From an uncultured Spirochaetaceae bacterium (lineage in GTDB: Bacteria > Spirochaetota > Spirochaetia > DSM-27196 > PWMO01): 64,000 nt of DNA. The notes beneath the pieces were generated by a model that did no database searches, had not been told where the DNA came from, and worked only from the letters and a program-made list of their open reading frames with translations. The DNA lies in assembly GCA_964631585.1 (NCBI GenBank), contig CAZVXU010000001.1, forward strand, positions 170 to 64,169, in the 5' to 3' direction. This document shows, piece by piece, positions 20,645 through 31,542 of this stretch. The stretch's first letter is position 1, and each line of letters opens with the position of its first letter. A program made the position numbers and the translations under genes.

Positions 20645-20855
20645 ACCGTGATCCTACAGGGCTCCGGCCCCTTCGCCAAGAGGGGTACGGTCACGGCTTC
20701 AACGCGTCCACGGCCCGGGCGCGCACATTATACCGACATGAGTAGACAGAATATCTGTTATACGAAGTGAAGGGCGCCTGAGAGACGCTGAGAGGAACCG
20801 GCTTCCCACGCGACCGACCGTCTGCAACGGTGTGCGACCGTCTGCGACCGGCCGG

Positions 20856-21140
20856 CTAGTCCCGACTGTCGGTTATCAGGGAGAACAGCCATACGAGTAT
20901 AAACGCGGTGATGATCGGAGGGAATATATTCACCGAGTTGTTGAGGTTCGCCAGCAGCGCGATGATGTCCGCAAACAGAAAGTCCACCAGGCCGCCCGCA
21001 AAGGCACCAATGAGTCCGATAAGCAGCGCTCCCCAGAAGTTACCCAGAAATCGCTTCCGGAGAACGAAATAGAAGAACAGTGCCATGCCGAAACCCACGA
21101 CCAGATATGCGAGGCCGATTGTCAGATAGTATGCGGTCAT
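20856..21140 (-). CDS. GlsB/YeaQ/YmgE-family small membrane protein
   Basis: 94 aa with three hydrophobic helices and Gly-rich packing motifs (LLIGLIGAFAGGLV). Confidence 0.6.
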   Translation of the reverse strand: MTAYYLTIGLAYLVVGFGMALFFYFVLRKRFLGNFWGALLIGLIGAFAGGLVDFLFADIIALLANLNNSVNIFPPIITAFILVWLFSLITDSRD

Positions 21141-21158
21141 AGTTGAGTTCCTTCAGTC

Positions 21159-21899
21159 TTAGTCTACAAAGTTAAAGTCGACGCGAACGTAGCCGAGGTA
21201 TACCGGCTCGCTGTAGAGCGCCTGCAGGGACCCGAGATCTACCCCATAGCCAAGGGCGTATACGGAAATATACAAGTTATCATTGTTTGTCACGTCCGAT
21301 ATGGCGGTGGCGATATGCGTCACATCGGCGTCCGTGTTTTCGTATGCCGACTCGTCGAGAAGCCGTTTGTAGGTACCGCCCTGGGACACCCGGCGGTTCA
21401 GGGCGACGGTGTCATCGGGCCATGTAGCGGCAAACGCATTCACGACCGCGTCGCCGGTGAGATCAATCTCCACGACGAACTCGTTTCCCTTTATTCCATT
21501 CGATACGGGGATGTTTGGTGTCTGCCCCGGCGAGTTTCCCGGAACGAGGCGGCGGTAGTCGCGGCCGAGCAACCTCGACGGACCCGTCTGTACGGGGTCA
21601 TTCAGGATATACTCTCTGTCGCTCCGGCAGGGATCGCCCGGCTCGCATCCCCAGAACCCGTCCTCGTCCTCGTAGAGCTTATAGTACAGGTCATAGCCCT
21701 TGAACTCGTCGGTATTATTGTCGTTCTCGTTGTGCAAAAAGGTAATCCGCTGGGTATCTGTTGCCGGAACCAGGTCGACTTCATCGGACTTCGGACCGGC
21801 AATAAACGGTGTACTCTCGATCCCGCAGGCGGTAAACAGGAGCGCCGCCGTCGCGAGCACCGCCAGAGAATAACCGCTTTTGCGCTCTTCGATACTCAT
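21159..21899 (-). CDS. lipoprotein of unknown function
   Basis: 246 aa with a signal peptide and lipobox (ALLFTAC-G). I recognise no family. The start is 5 nt downstream of the cyclase stop. Confidence 0.6.
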   Translation of the reverse strand: MSIEERKSGYSLAVLATAALLFTACGIESTPFIAGPKSDEVDLVPATDTQRITFLHNENDNNTDEFKGYDLYYKLYEDEDGFWGCEPGDPCRSDREYILNDPVQTGPSRLLGRDYRRLVPGNSPGQTPNIPVSNGIKGNEFVVEIDLTGDAVVNAFAATWPDDTVALNRRVSQGGTYKRLLDESAYENTDADVTHIATAISDVTNNDNLYISVYALGYGVDLGSLQALYSEPVYLGYVRVDFNFVD

Positions 21900-21903
21900 G
21901 CCG

Positions 21904-24285
21904 TCATGCGGTCTCTACGATGTCGATCAGCTCGTAGATCAGCACGGGGCGGTTCTTCCCCTTGACGCGTATGTTGTCCAGCTCGCGCGCGACCACGTGA
22001 TCTTTCACCAGGCCGTAGGTGTACTCGCTCATGATGATCGTCGTACCGTACATCTTGTTCGTTCCTTCGAGGCGCGCGCCAAGGTTCACGTTATCACCCA
22101 TGAGCGTATAATTCATCCGCCCCTGCGAGCCCATGTTTCCAACCGTCATGATACCGGAATTGATGCCAATCCCGATGGCGATACGTTTCTCGGGCGGCCA
22201 GGAGGCGTTCAGCTCCTCGAGCACCCCGATCTGTCTCACGGCGCTCTTACAGGCGCGTAGAGCGTGGTCCAGCTGCGACAGCGGTGCGCCCCAGAAACAC
22301 ATGATCTCGTCACCGACGTACTTGTCCAGCGTTCCTTCGGATTCCAGGATCACGTCGGTCATGGCGGTCAGGTAGATGTTGAGGTGATTCACGAGCTCCT
22401 GCGGCGTCATCGACTCAGAGAGCGTTGTGAACCCCCGGATATCGGAAAAGAGCACCGAGAGCTCCTTGTCCACGCCGCCGAGCTCCGGGGGATGGTCAAG
22501 AATCTGATCTACGACACGCGGACTCACGTACTTTCCGAACATGTCACGTATGCGACGTTTGTCCTTCTCCTCCGTCATTACCCGGTACACGACGACCGAA
22601 AGAAAGGTAAGAAGCACGGCAATGGCCGGAGTGGAAAAGTTGATGATGTACGCGAGGTCGTCGAAGATGATGGTCGTCGCAAAAAACAGTGCAACGATGA
22701 GAAAGAGCGAGGCAAGAAGCGACCAGATGGTAGACAACCGTGATGCCATGAACGCCGTGACGAGCGCCAGCACAAACAGGACCAGCAGGTCAAACCACGC
22801 CGGCGCGTACTGCAGAAAGCTGTCCATCAGGATGGTGTTCAGTGCGTTGGCGTGAATCTCAACCCCGTACATGAGGCCGTAGGGCGTGGTCTTTTCGTCG
22901 GCAGCCATCCCCGGCGCGAACGCGCCGACCATGAGAATCTTGTTCTCCACTGCACGTGTGGGCGGCCAGCTCTCGGGATCGATGCCGGGTACCCGTGACG
23001 CGTATCCCGCGTAAGGACGGACGGGAAAGGTCTGGTACCCGTCGCGCGCGGGACTCGAGCGCGGTCCCATGAAGTTGATAAGCATACCCCCGGTCTCGTC
23101 GATCGGAATGGTTATCTCATCGATTCTCCGGTACTCGGCTTCCGCGACGAGATTCCCCTCCTCGTCGTATTGCGGAAGCTTCTCCATGATTTCGTAGGGA
23201 CCCCACTCCCCCGTCTGAGGATCGTAGAGTTGCGGGTCGGGAATCCGTATGTATTTACCCAACCGCACTTCGATGTCATCGTAGGTTCTGTTGAAGTAGT
23301 CGAGCGCGAGGGTCAACGTGATTGCCGGAACGAAATGATCCTGAAACTTACGCACCACGTAGTAAAAGTCGTCGGGCTCGCCGTCGTTGTCGGTGTCCTC
23401 CACCCGCTGCGGCGCCTCCTCCTCCATGCGAACACGAAGCTCCTCGATAACCTGCGGCGTCAGGGGATGGGGAACCGTGTGCTCGCTCCCGTCTCTGTCG
23501 AACCAGGCGAGACGCTGGAAGCTGCTGCGGTCAAGCTCGACCTGCGGAGTGAGCATGTCGAGGCGGTATGTATCGATGAGCTCGGTAGATTTCGCGACGA
23601 GAGGAGCACGCCGGAAGACTTCGTCGAAGTCATCATAGAAGTTTGCGTGCCCGTAGCCGGCGGCCGCCCGTCCGAAGGGTTTCAGTGGCGGTTGCTTTCC
23701 CAGATTGTAGGGAATTTTCGTCCAGTCACCGGCAATACTGGTGACCTTCCCGTGGGTGTCGTAGAGAACCTGATGCCGCTCGGCCATCTCCTGAGAGACT
23801 TGGGGGGGCGCGGGACTGCGCTCGAGAATAGTCTCGAGGTAGGTGCGCCCGTTGTCCTCGAGAGCCTCTCGTAGCATCGCGTCCTCGAAGGCATTCTCAG
23901 CCGGCTCTACGAAAAAGATATCGAGGAGAATGGAGCGTTCCCGTGCGCGCTGGTCCGAGATACGTGCAAAGGAGTTCAAGAGATCCGCATGACGTGACCG
24001 CGGAAACGGCCAGTTGCCGAACGCCGAGAGGGTGCGAAAGTCCACTCCGATGATCAGAATGTCGGGCGAGACGTCGGGATTTCTCCGGACCTGGGTGACA
24101 CCTTCCTGCGTGCTCTCGCCGCGGAAAGTTTGCTTGAGGTTGAAATGCGCGTCGAGCATCTTCGTTTCGAGTCGGTCCAGCATGGGCGTGGTCGTTCCGA
24201 CCAGCGCCATGATAAGCACCACGAAAGCCCCAATGACGAGCCCAAAGTAACGAGTCTCCAGGAAGCGAGAGCTCCGCTTGGCCAT
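21904..24285 (-). CDS. CHASE2-domain membrane adenylate/guanylate cyclase (class III)
   Basis: 793 aa. An N-terminal TM segment precedes a large extracytoplasmic region with a CHASE2-like start (LDRLETKMLDAHFNL), then a TM bundle. The catalytic motifs are VLFSDIRGFTTLSE, KYVGDEIMCFWGAP and GDNVNLGARLEG. Confidence 0.9.
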   Translation of the reverse strand: MAKRSSRFLETRYFGLVIGAFVVLIMALVGTTTPMLDRLETKMLDAHFNLKQTFRGESTQEGVTQVRRNPDVSPDILIIGVDFRTLSAFGNWPFPRSRHADLLNSFARISDQRARERSILLDIFFVEPAENAFEDAMLREALEDNGRTYLETILERSPAPPQVSQEMAERHQVLYDTHGKVTSIAGDWTKIPYNLGKQPPLKPFGRAAAGYGHANFYDDFDEVFRRAPLVAKSTELIDTYRLDMLTPQVELDRSSFQRLAWFDRDGSEHTVPHPLTPQVIEELRVRMEEEAPQRVEDTDNDGEPDDFYYVVRKFQDHFVPAITLTLALDYFNRTYDDIEVRLGKYIRIPDPQLYDPQTGEWGPYEIMEKLPQYDEEGNLVAEAEYRRIDEITIPIDETGGMLINFMGPRSSPARDGYQTFPVRPYAGYASRVPGIDPESWPPTRAVENKILMVGAFAPGMAADEKTTPYGLMYGVEIHANALNTILMDSFLQYAPAWFDLLVLFVLALVTAFMASRLSTIWSLLASLFLIVALFFATTIIFDDLAYIINFSTPAIAVLLTFLSVVVYRVMTEEKDKRRIRDMFGKYVSPRVVDQILDHPPELGGVDKELSVLFSDIRGFTTLSESMTPQELVNHLNIYLTAMTDVILESEGTLDKYVGDEIMCFWGAPLSQLDHALRACKSAVRQIGVLEELNASWPPEKRIAIGIGINSGIMTVGNMGSQGRMNYTLMGDNVNLGARLEGTNKMYGTTIIMSEYTYGLVKDHVVARELDNIRVKGKNRPVLIYELIDIVETA

Positions 24286-24319
24286 GTACTCTCCCGACGA
24301 CGCGCGCTCTTGTAACGAT

Positions 24320-25024
24320 TTACTCGGCTATAAGGCCGCGTGTTTTGAGAGCGATTATACGGTTTCGGGCCAGATTTGTCCAACTGCTCTCCGGATGCTC
24401 CTCAACGAGTCGATTGTAGGCTTCCGAGGCCAGTTCGTAGTTCTGCAGCTCCTCGTTCAGTCGTCCGCGGGCGAGGAAGGCGCGGGCGATCTCAGGTGTC
24501 GGCTCGCCGTCGGCATAACGCTCGATGAGCGTATCCACGTGCCCCAGGGCCGTCTCCGTGCTACCCGCCGACTCCTCTGCGGCTGCAGCATTAAGAAGGG
24601 CGACGGGAGCAACGTGGCTGTCGGGGTACTCGTTGGCCACGCGGGCATACGTCTCCGCGGCTTCGGGCCACTCTTCCTGCTCCCAGTCGATCTCGGCTCG
24701 GATCATGAGCGCGCGGGAGGCGGCATATGTTCCGGAGTAGCGGTCCACGAGCTCGTCGATCGAGTTCTGAATCGCCTCTTCGAGCGTCGACTCTTCCTCC
24801 CCTTCGGCGTTCTGCCATGCTTCGTAGTCGCGCTGCAGCTCTTCGGCCATCCGGGCGGCTTCGTTCGCGCGGTTCTCCTGAATCTGGAAATACGCGAAGA
24901 TACCGATGATCACTATCACGACCCCCGTGAAAGTGAATACGATCGTCTTCCAGTGTCGGCTGAGCAGGTTGGAAATGGCGTCGGCTATGCGCGTTTTCGT
25001 GTCACGCTCGTCGGTTCGTTGCAT
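24320..25024 (-). CDS. single-TM TPR-like protein (YfgM-like architecture)
   Basis: 234 aa with an N-terminal TM segment (IVFTFTGVVIVIIGIFAYF) followed by helical TPR-like repeats. Confidence 0.65.
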   Translation of the reverse strand: MQRTDERDTKTRIADAISNLLSRHWKTIVFTFTGVVIVIIGIFAYFQIQENRANEAARMAEELQRDYEAWQNAEGEEESTLEEAIQNSIDELVDRYSGTYAASRALMIRAEIDWEQEEWPEAAETYARVANEYPDSHVAPVALLNAAAAEESAGSTETALGHVDTLIERYADGEPTPEIARAFLARGRLNEELQNYELASEAYNRLVEEHPESSWTNLARNRIIALKTRGLIAE

Positions 25025-25045
25025 TCGTCGGCACTCCTGTGTGGG

Positions 25046-26581
<1,536 letters not shown>

Positions 26582-26600
26582 AGGAGTATGGGAGAAGGAC

Positions 26601-28310
26601 TCAGGTCTTCTCCTTTTCCTTCAGCATCTCGCCCAGCGTGAGTTTGGTCTCCTCCCCTTCATCGTGGATGTACTTCTCGAGCTCTGCGCGCTGCTCCTGT
26701 CTGTGCATCTCACGGATGGAGAGGGAAAGGCGATTCCTCCCTGGATTGACCTCGGTCACCATAGCCTGCACCTTTTGACCGACCTTAAAACGCTGCACCG
26801 CCTCTTCAAAGGACTCGTTCTTGGGATCAACGAGGTTCGCCTTGTTGATGAGCCCCTCGATGCCGCCGTGCACCCGCACGAAGACGCCGAAATCGGTGAT
26901 GTTGGTAATCTCACCTTCGACGATGCGTCTGTCGGCGTAGGCCTGCTTCAGCTCCTGCCACGGGTCGTCTTCGAGCTGCTTCATGCCGAGACGGATGTTG
27001 TGGTTCTCCGAGTCCACCGACAGCACTATCACGTCGACCTCTTCGCCCTCGTTCAGGACGGCGGACGGATTCCGGGGCGTTTTCGTCCACGAAATATTGT
27101 CCACGTGGAGGAAGCCGTCGATGCCCTCTTCGAGCTCTATGAATGCGCCCGAATGGGTGATCTTCTTGACGGGACGCTTCACCCGCATACCTTCGGGGTA
27201 TTTTTCGGCAACTTCGTCCCAGGGGTTTGGAAGTGTCTGCTTGATACCGAGCGAGACCTTGCCCTCGGGAACGTCGTAGTCGAGGATCTTCGCCTGAACC
27301 TGATCTCCGACCGAGACGACCTCTTTCGGATGGTTTATATGCTTTGTCCAGGACAGCTCGGAGATGTGCGCAAGGCCCTCGATTCCTTCCTCGAGCTCGA
27401 TGAAAGCGCCGAAATCCGTAAGCTTCGTCACCGTACCCGTGACTACGTCGCCGGTGCCGTATTTTTCTTCAAAGTAGTTCCAGGGATCTTCGGTCATGTG
27501 TCGCAGGGAGAGGTTGATCTTTTTCTCCTCCGGGTCCATGCGAATGACTTTCACGTTGATTTCCTCGCCCTTGTGGACATAGTCCTTCGGACGGGTAACG
27601 TGGCCCCAGCTCATATCGTTGATATGTAGCAGTCCGTCAAACCCACCGAGATCGATAAACGCGCCGAAAGAGGTGAAGGACTTCACCGCGCCGGTGACGA
27701 TGTCTCCAACCTGGGTATTCTCGAAGAACTCGTTCCGCCTCCTCTCGACCTCTTCTTCCAGCCATGTGCGGCGCGACAGCACGATATTGACGCGGTTCTC
27801 GCTGTAGAGTCGCTCTATGTAGAACTTGGAGGTGAGATTAACGTACTGCTCCGGATCTTCGATCCGGCGAAGGTCCATTTTCGAGATCGGGTTAAAACCA
27901 CGCACGCCCTGGTGCAGGCGCACCTCGAATCCGCCCTTGACGCTACGGACCACGCGACCCTCGACGGCCTCACGATTATGGAAGGCTTCCTTCAATTGGC
28001 CCCAGAACAACTTCTCGTCGGCCTTGCGCTTGGAAACGGATATGCCACCGCGCGAGGCGTCCTTGTTGAGAAGCACGACCTGAACGGTGTCGCCGATCTC
28101 CGGGAGCTCGTCGAACTCCTCGGTCGAGATGCGACCCTCCGACTTATAGCCGATGTCCACAAATACTTGCTCTGAACCAACCTGTACAACGGTACCCTCT
28201 ACGATCTGGCCCACTTCGAGTTGATCAAGCGGTTTGAGGAACTCCTCCTGGAGCTCCTCCTGGAGGAGCGACTTCATAGTCTCGCTCTGTTGTGGGTCTT
28301 TATCGCTCAT
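26601..28310 (-). CDS. rpsA: 30S ribosomal protein S1
   Basis: 569 aa with six S1/OB repeats (recurring G.V...T.FGAF(I/V).L..G..GL.HIS). Confidence 0.95.
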   Translation of the reverse strand: MSDKDPQQSETMKSLLQEELQEEFLKPLDQLEVGQIVEGTVVQVGSEQVFVDIGYKSEGRISTEEFDELPEIGDTVQVVLLNKDASRGGISVSKRKADEKLFWGQLKEAFHNREAVEGRVVRSVKGGFEVRLHQGVRGFNPISKMDLRRIEDPEQYVNLTSKFYIERLYSENRVNIVLSRRTWLEEEVERRRNEFFENTQVGDIVTGAVKSFTSFGAFIDLGGFDGLLHINDMSWGHVTRPKDYVHKGEEINVKVIRMDPEEKKINLSLRHMTEDPWNYFEEKYGTGDVVTGTVTKLTDFGAFIELEEGIEGLAHISELSWTKHINHPKEVVSVGDQVQAKILDYDVPEGKVSLGIKQTLPNPWDEVAEKYPEGMRVKRPVKKITHSGAFIELEEGIDGFLHVDNISWTKTPRNPSAVLNEGEEVDVIVLSVDSENHNIRLGMKQLEDDPWQELKQAYADRRIVEGEITNITDFGVFVRVHGGIEGLINKANLVDPKNESFEEAVQRFKVGQKVQAMVTEVNPGRNRLSLSIREMHRQEQRAELEKYIHDEGEETKLTLGEMLKEKEKT

Positions 28311-28992
28311 GATTACCCTGCAACTCCTGAATATATTGCTGTTTCTGGATAGTAACTAGTACTGTCTCACAAACTTCATCGATGGTCAAGCCCGATGTAT
28401 CCACGTAGACGGCGTCGGCGGAGCGGCGCAACGCGCCGGTTCGTTTTTCCCGATCGCGCGCATCGCGCGCCTCTATGCTGGCCCGGATATCCTCGAGGGA
28501 TTCGTTTGTAAGGCCCTGCTCGAAGCGGCGGCGAGCCCGCGTCTCCACACTTGCGTCGAGGTAGACCTTCACTCGGGCATCGGGGAAGACTGCGGTGGTG
28601 ATATCCCGTCCCTCGACCACGACGTTTCGCTCAGCGGAGAGCTCCCGGAGTCGGTCGTTCACGCACTCTCTCACTTCGGACACGGAGGAATGGCGGGAGA
28701 CCCAGGCATTTACCGTGTGACTGTAGAGCACGCGCTCAGCCGGCACCCCCTCGACCCGCACAGAGCCGGCGTCGACGTACACGTCCATCTCGTGGGCAGC
28801 TCGAATGATCTGGTCAGTGTCGTCCGGGTCGTCGGCGCTATCCAGCACCTTCCAGGTGATGGCGCGGTACAGCGCTCCGGAGTTCACGTAGAGAAACCCG
28901 AGGGAATCAGCGACGTACTGCGCGACGGTGCTCTTTCCCGTCCCGGCGGGCCCGTCAATCGCTACGACCACTCTGCCTCCTTCCGCGGGCAT
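28300..28992 (-). CDS. cmk: cytidylate kinase
   Basis: 230 aa with the P-loop IAIDGPAGTGKST and YVNSGALYRA. The cmk-rpsA linkage is conserved. Confidence 0.9.
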   Translation of the reverse strand: MPAEGGRVVVAIDGPAGTGKSTVAQYVADSLGFLYVNSGALYRAITWKVLDSADDPDDTDQIIRAAHEMDVYVDAGSVRVEGVPAERVLYSHTVNAWVSRHSSVSEVRECVNDRLRELSAERNVVVEGRDITTAVFPDARVKVYLDASVETRARRRFEQGLTNESLEDIRASIEARDARDREKRTGALRRSADAVYVDTSGLTIDEVCETVLVTIQKQQYIQELQGNHER

Positions 28993-29761
28993 CCCGGCCT
29001 TTTGCTCCCCGGCGGCGCCCCCCGGCCTGGGAGAAGAACCACGCTACCTCCTGCTCGGTGAGCTCCCGATAACCACCGGGGCGCGTTGCCGAAAGGCGAA
29101 CCGGGCCGATGCGGATGCGATGCAGACGCTTTATCTTGAGCTTTCGCGCCATGAACACCTCTCGGATCTCCCGGTTTTTTCCCTCCTCGAGGGTCAGATG
29201 GACCTTGCGGCCGTTCTTGAAATCGAAGGACTTCAGCGTATAAACGGTGCCCTCGACACGGATACCATTGGAGTACTCCTCGAGCATTTCCCGCGGAACG
29301 GGGTCCTTCGTCTCTACGATGTACTCCTTCTCCACGCCGGAGGACGGATGCATGACCGCGTCGGCGAACTCCCCGTCGTTCGTGAGGAATACGAGTCCCG
29401 TCGACATGAAATCCAGCCGCCCCACGGTGAAAAGCCGAACGGGAACATCACTTTTGACCAGATCCACCGCGAGGGGACGCCCCTCGGGGTCATGGTTCGA
29501 GCAGAGCACCTTGGCCGGCTTGTTCAGCGCAAGATAGTACTTTTGGCGCGTGATGTGTACCTCCCGGCCGTCGAAGTACACGCGGTCCTCCGGTCCCACC
29601 TGCGTACCCTGCTCGGTTACCACCGTGTCGTTCACACGAACGCGCCCCTGGGCAATGAGCGCCTCGCTCTTTCGCCGCGAGGCGATGCCGCTGCGGGCGA
29701 GGTAGACGTGCAGGCGCATGGGCCATTCGTATGATGTTTTGCCGCCTGCGGGTTTAGCCAT
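28955..29761 (-). CDS. rluB: pseudouridine synthase, RluB/RsuA family
   Basis: Contains an S4 domain (RLHVYLARSGIASRRKSEALI), the catalytic GRLDFMSTGL motif and a basic C-terminal tail. I start it at the ATG at 29761, an 8-nt overlap with scpB. The ATG at 29722 is an alternative. Confidence 0.85.
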   Translation of the reverse strand: MAKPAGGKTSYEWPMRLHVYLARSGIASRRKSEALIAQGRVRVNDTVVTEQGTQVGPEDRVYFDGREVHITRQKYYLALNKPAKVLCSNHDPEGRPLAVDLVKSDVPVRLFTVGRLDFMSTGLVFLTNDGEFADAVMHPSSGVEKEYIVETKDPVPREMLEEYSNGIRVEGTVYTLKSFDFKNGRKVHLTLEEGKNREIREVFMARKLKIKRLHRIRIGPVRLSATRPGGYRELTEQEVAWFFSQAGGRRRGAKGRDARGRRQSGRSD

Positions 29762-30293
29762 CGAGTCTGAACCTGTCCTCTTCAACCTCATCGAGGCGCG
29801 GAAGCTCCGCAATGCTCTGGAGGTGAAATTGCTTGAGAAACTCGCGCGTCGTTCCGTACTGCACGGGTTTACCGGGCGCATCCTTGCGACCGGTTTCCTT
29901 AATGAGGCCTCGCTGCAGAAGAAGTCGGATCATATTGTCGGCCGATACGCCCCGCAGGTTCTCGATTTCCCCGCGGGTAATGGGCTGCGCGTACGCTACG
30001 ATCGACAACGTTTCGAGGGCCGCTTTGGAGAGCCGTGCGTCGCGACGCTTGCCGTAGTGATCCTTCAGATGCTCCCATAACGCGCGCTTCGGTGCAAGCC
30101 CTACCCCGTCCTCGAGCCTGGTGAGCTCGATTCCCCGGTGCTCGCTCTCATAGTCCTCTTCGAGGGCGGCAAGAACGCGCCGCACCACCTCGCGGGAGAG
30201 CCCGCTCACCGTCGAGAGACGGCGCTCGTCGACCGGTTCGGACTCGAGGTAGAGAATAGCTTCAATCAGTGCCTTTTCCTGCGTCAATTCCAT
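29754..30293 (-). CDS. scpB: segregation and condensation protein B
   Basis: 179 aa with winged-helix repeats (IEAILYLESEPV, LETLSIVAYAQPITRGEIE.LRGV). Confidence 0.9.
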   Translation of the reverse strand: MELTQEKALIEAILYLESEPVDERRLSTVSGLSREVVRRVLAALEEDYESEHRGIELTRLEDGVGLAPKRALWEHLKDHYGKRRDARLSKAALETLSIVAYAQPITRGEIENLRGVSADNMIRLLLQRGLIKETGRKDAPGKPVQYGTTREFLKQFHLQSIAELPRLDEVEEDRFRLDG

Positions 30294-31009
30294 GAGCGAA
30301 TACGAATATCTCCGAACATGCGATTTTGCAGCAGCCGGATCCTGCGGGACTTTACCGCCTCGAGCACTGCGAGAAAGGCGCAGACGACGTCCATGATCGA
30401 CTCCCGCTGCTGAATGAGGTCGGTAAACAGGAACTCACCTTTGGTCTCGAGGAACTCCTCGATGAGGCTGAGCTTCTCGTTCACCGATACCTCTTCGTAG
30501 AGGTCGAACACCCGCTCGTCCGAGAGCCCGTCCATGATGGTGGAGAAGGATTTGAGCAGATCCCAGACGTCAATACTCACCCACAGGTCGTCGTCCTCGG
30601 GAAACGGAAGCACCGGCTGCTTCTTCTTCCGCTCGATTACCCACTCCGATTCCTGCTGCTTCTCGTCCATCAGATGGGAAAGCTTCTTGAAGCGCTGGTA
30701 CTCGATGAGTTTTTCCACCAGCTCCTGTCGCGGGTCCTCCTCGTCATCCTCGAGCGCCTCGCCGGGTAATAGCATTCTCGACTTGATGTACAGCAGCGTG
30801 GCCGCCATGAGGTAGAAGTCGGTGATGTTATCGAGGTCGATACTCGCCACCCACTCGAGGTACTCGAGGTACTGCCGTGTAATCTCGGCAATGGGGATGT
30901 CGTGGATATCGATCTCGGAGCGCTTAATGAGGAAGAGCAGAAGGTCTAGCGGTCCTTCGAACTGATTAACTCGAAAGCGCTGGCCCTGCTCCTGCTGTTG
31001 TTCCGGCAT
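30284..31009 (-). CDS. scpA: segregation and condensation protein A (kleisin)
   Basis: 241 aa with FEGPLDLLLFLIKR at the N-terminus. It overlaps scpB by 10 nt. Confidence 0.9.
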   Translation of the reverse strand: MPEQQQEQGQRFRVNQFEGPLDLLLFLIKRSEIDIHDIPIAEITRQYLEYLEWVASIDLDNITDFYLMAATLLYIKSRMLLPGEALEDDEEDPRQELVEKLIEYQRFKKLSHLMDEKQQESEWVIERKKKQPVLPFPEDDDLWVSIDVWDLLKSFSTIMDGLSDERVFDLYEEVSVNEKLSLIEEFLETKGEFLFTDLIQQRESIMDVVCAFLAVLEAVKSRRIRLLQNRMFGDIRIRSWN

Positions 31010-31015
31010 CCGCGA

Positions 31016-31540
31016 TCAGGTTTGTCCTCCACCGCGAGTATACGGCTGCTCGGAGGCGAGGTAAATACCCTGCCCCGAGAGCCTGTCCAGAAACGACCGG
31101 TAGCGCACGCCGGTCCGCGGATCGGTGATGTCGGGGGCCAGGTCGAGGAGCGGCCGCAGTGCGAAGGCGCGCGAGGTGAGCCCGGGATGAGGAAGTGCCA
31201 GCCGTTCCTCATCGGCTACCAGATCTCCGTAGAGGAGCACATCGATGTCGAGCGGCCGCGGTCCCTTCGGGATCTCAGAGTTGCGGTCGCGGCCGGCTTC
31301 GGCCTCTATTCGCTGTGCCGCATCGAGGAGCTCGAGCGGAGAGAGCGCGCAGTGCCCCGTCACGCAGGCATTCAGGAAGGCCGGCTGTTCCTCGTACTCG
31401 AGCGGCTCCGTTTCGTATACCGGCGACACCCGAGGTTCGGTCAGGACACCGTGCAGGCGTCGGAAGGCAAACTCGAGATTGGCGAGACGGTTGCCGACGT
31501 TACTGCCGATCCCGAGGTATACACGTGGGCGCTCCGGCAT
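31016..31540 (-). CDS. folK: 2-amino-4-hydroxy-6-hydroxymethyldihydropteridine diphosphokinase (HPPK)
   Basis: 174 aa with VYLGIGSNVGNR, RPLDIDVLLY and LPHPGL motifs. Confidence 0.85.
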   Translation of the reverse strand: MPERPRVYLGIGSNVGNRLANLEFAFRRLHGVLTEPRVSPVYETEPLEYEEQPAFLNACVTGHCALSPLELLDAAQRIEAEAGRDRNSEIPKGPRPLDIDVLLYGDLVADEERLALPHPGLTSRAFALRPLLDLAPDITDPRTGVRYRSFLDRLSGQGIYLASEQPYTRGGGQT

Positions 31541-31542
31541 AC

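Noticed and set aside
20645-20855. A possible tRNA or other structured RNA gene in the 211-nt gap.
   Set aside because: There is no GTTCGAATC-like T-arm, no cloverleaf-compatible pairing and no long terminal helix. I kept it only as a low-interest promoter/leader observation.
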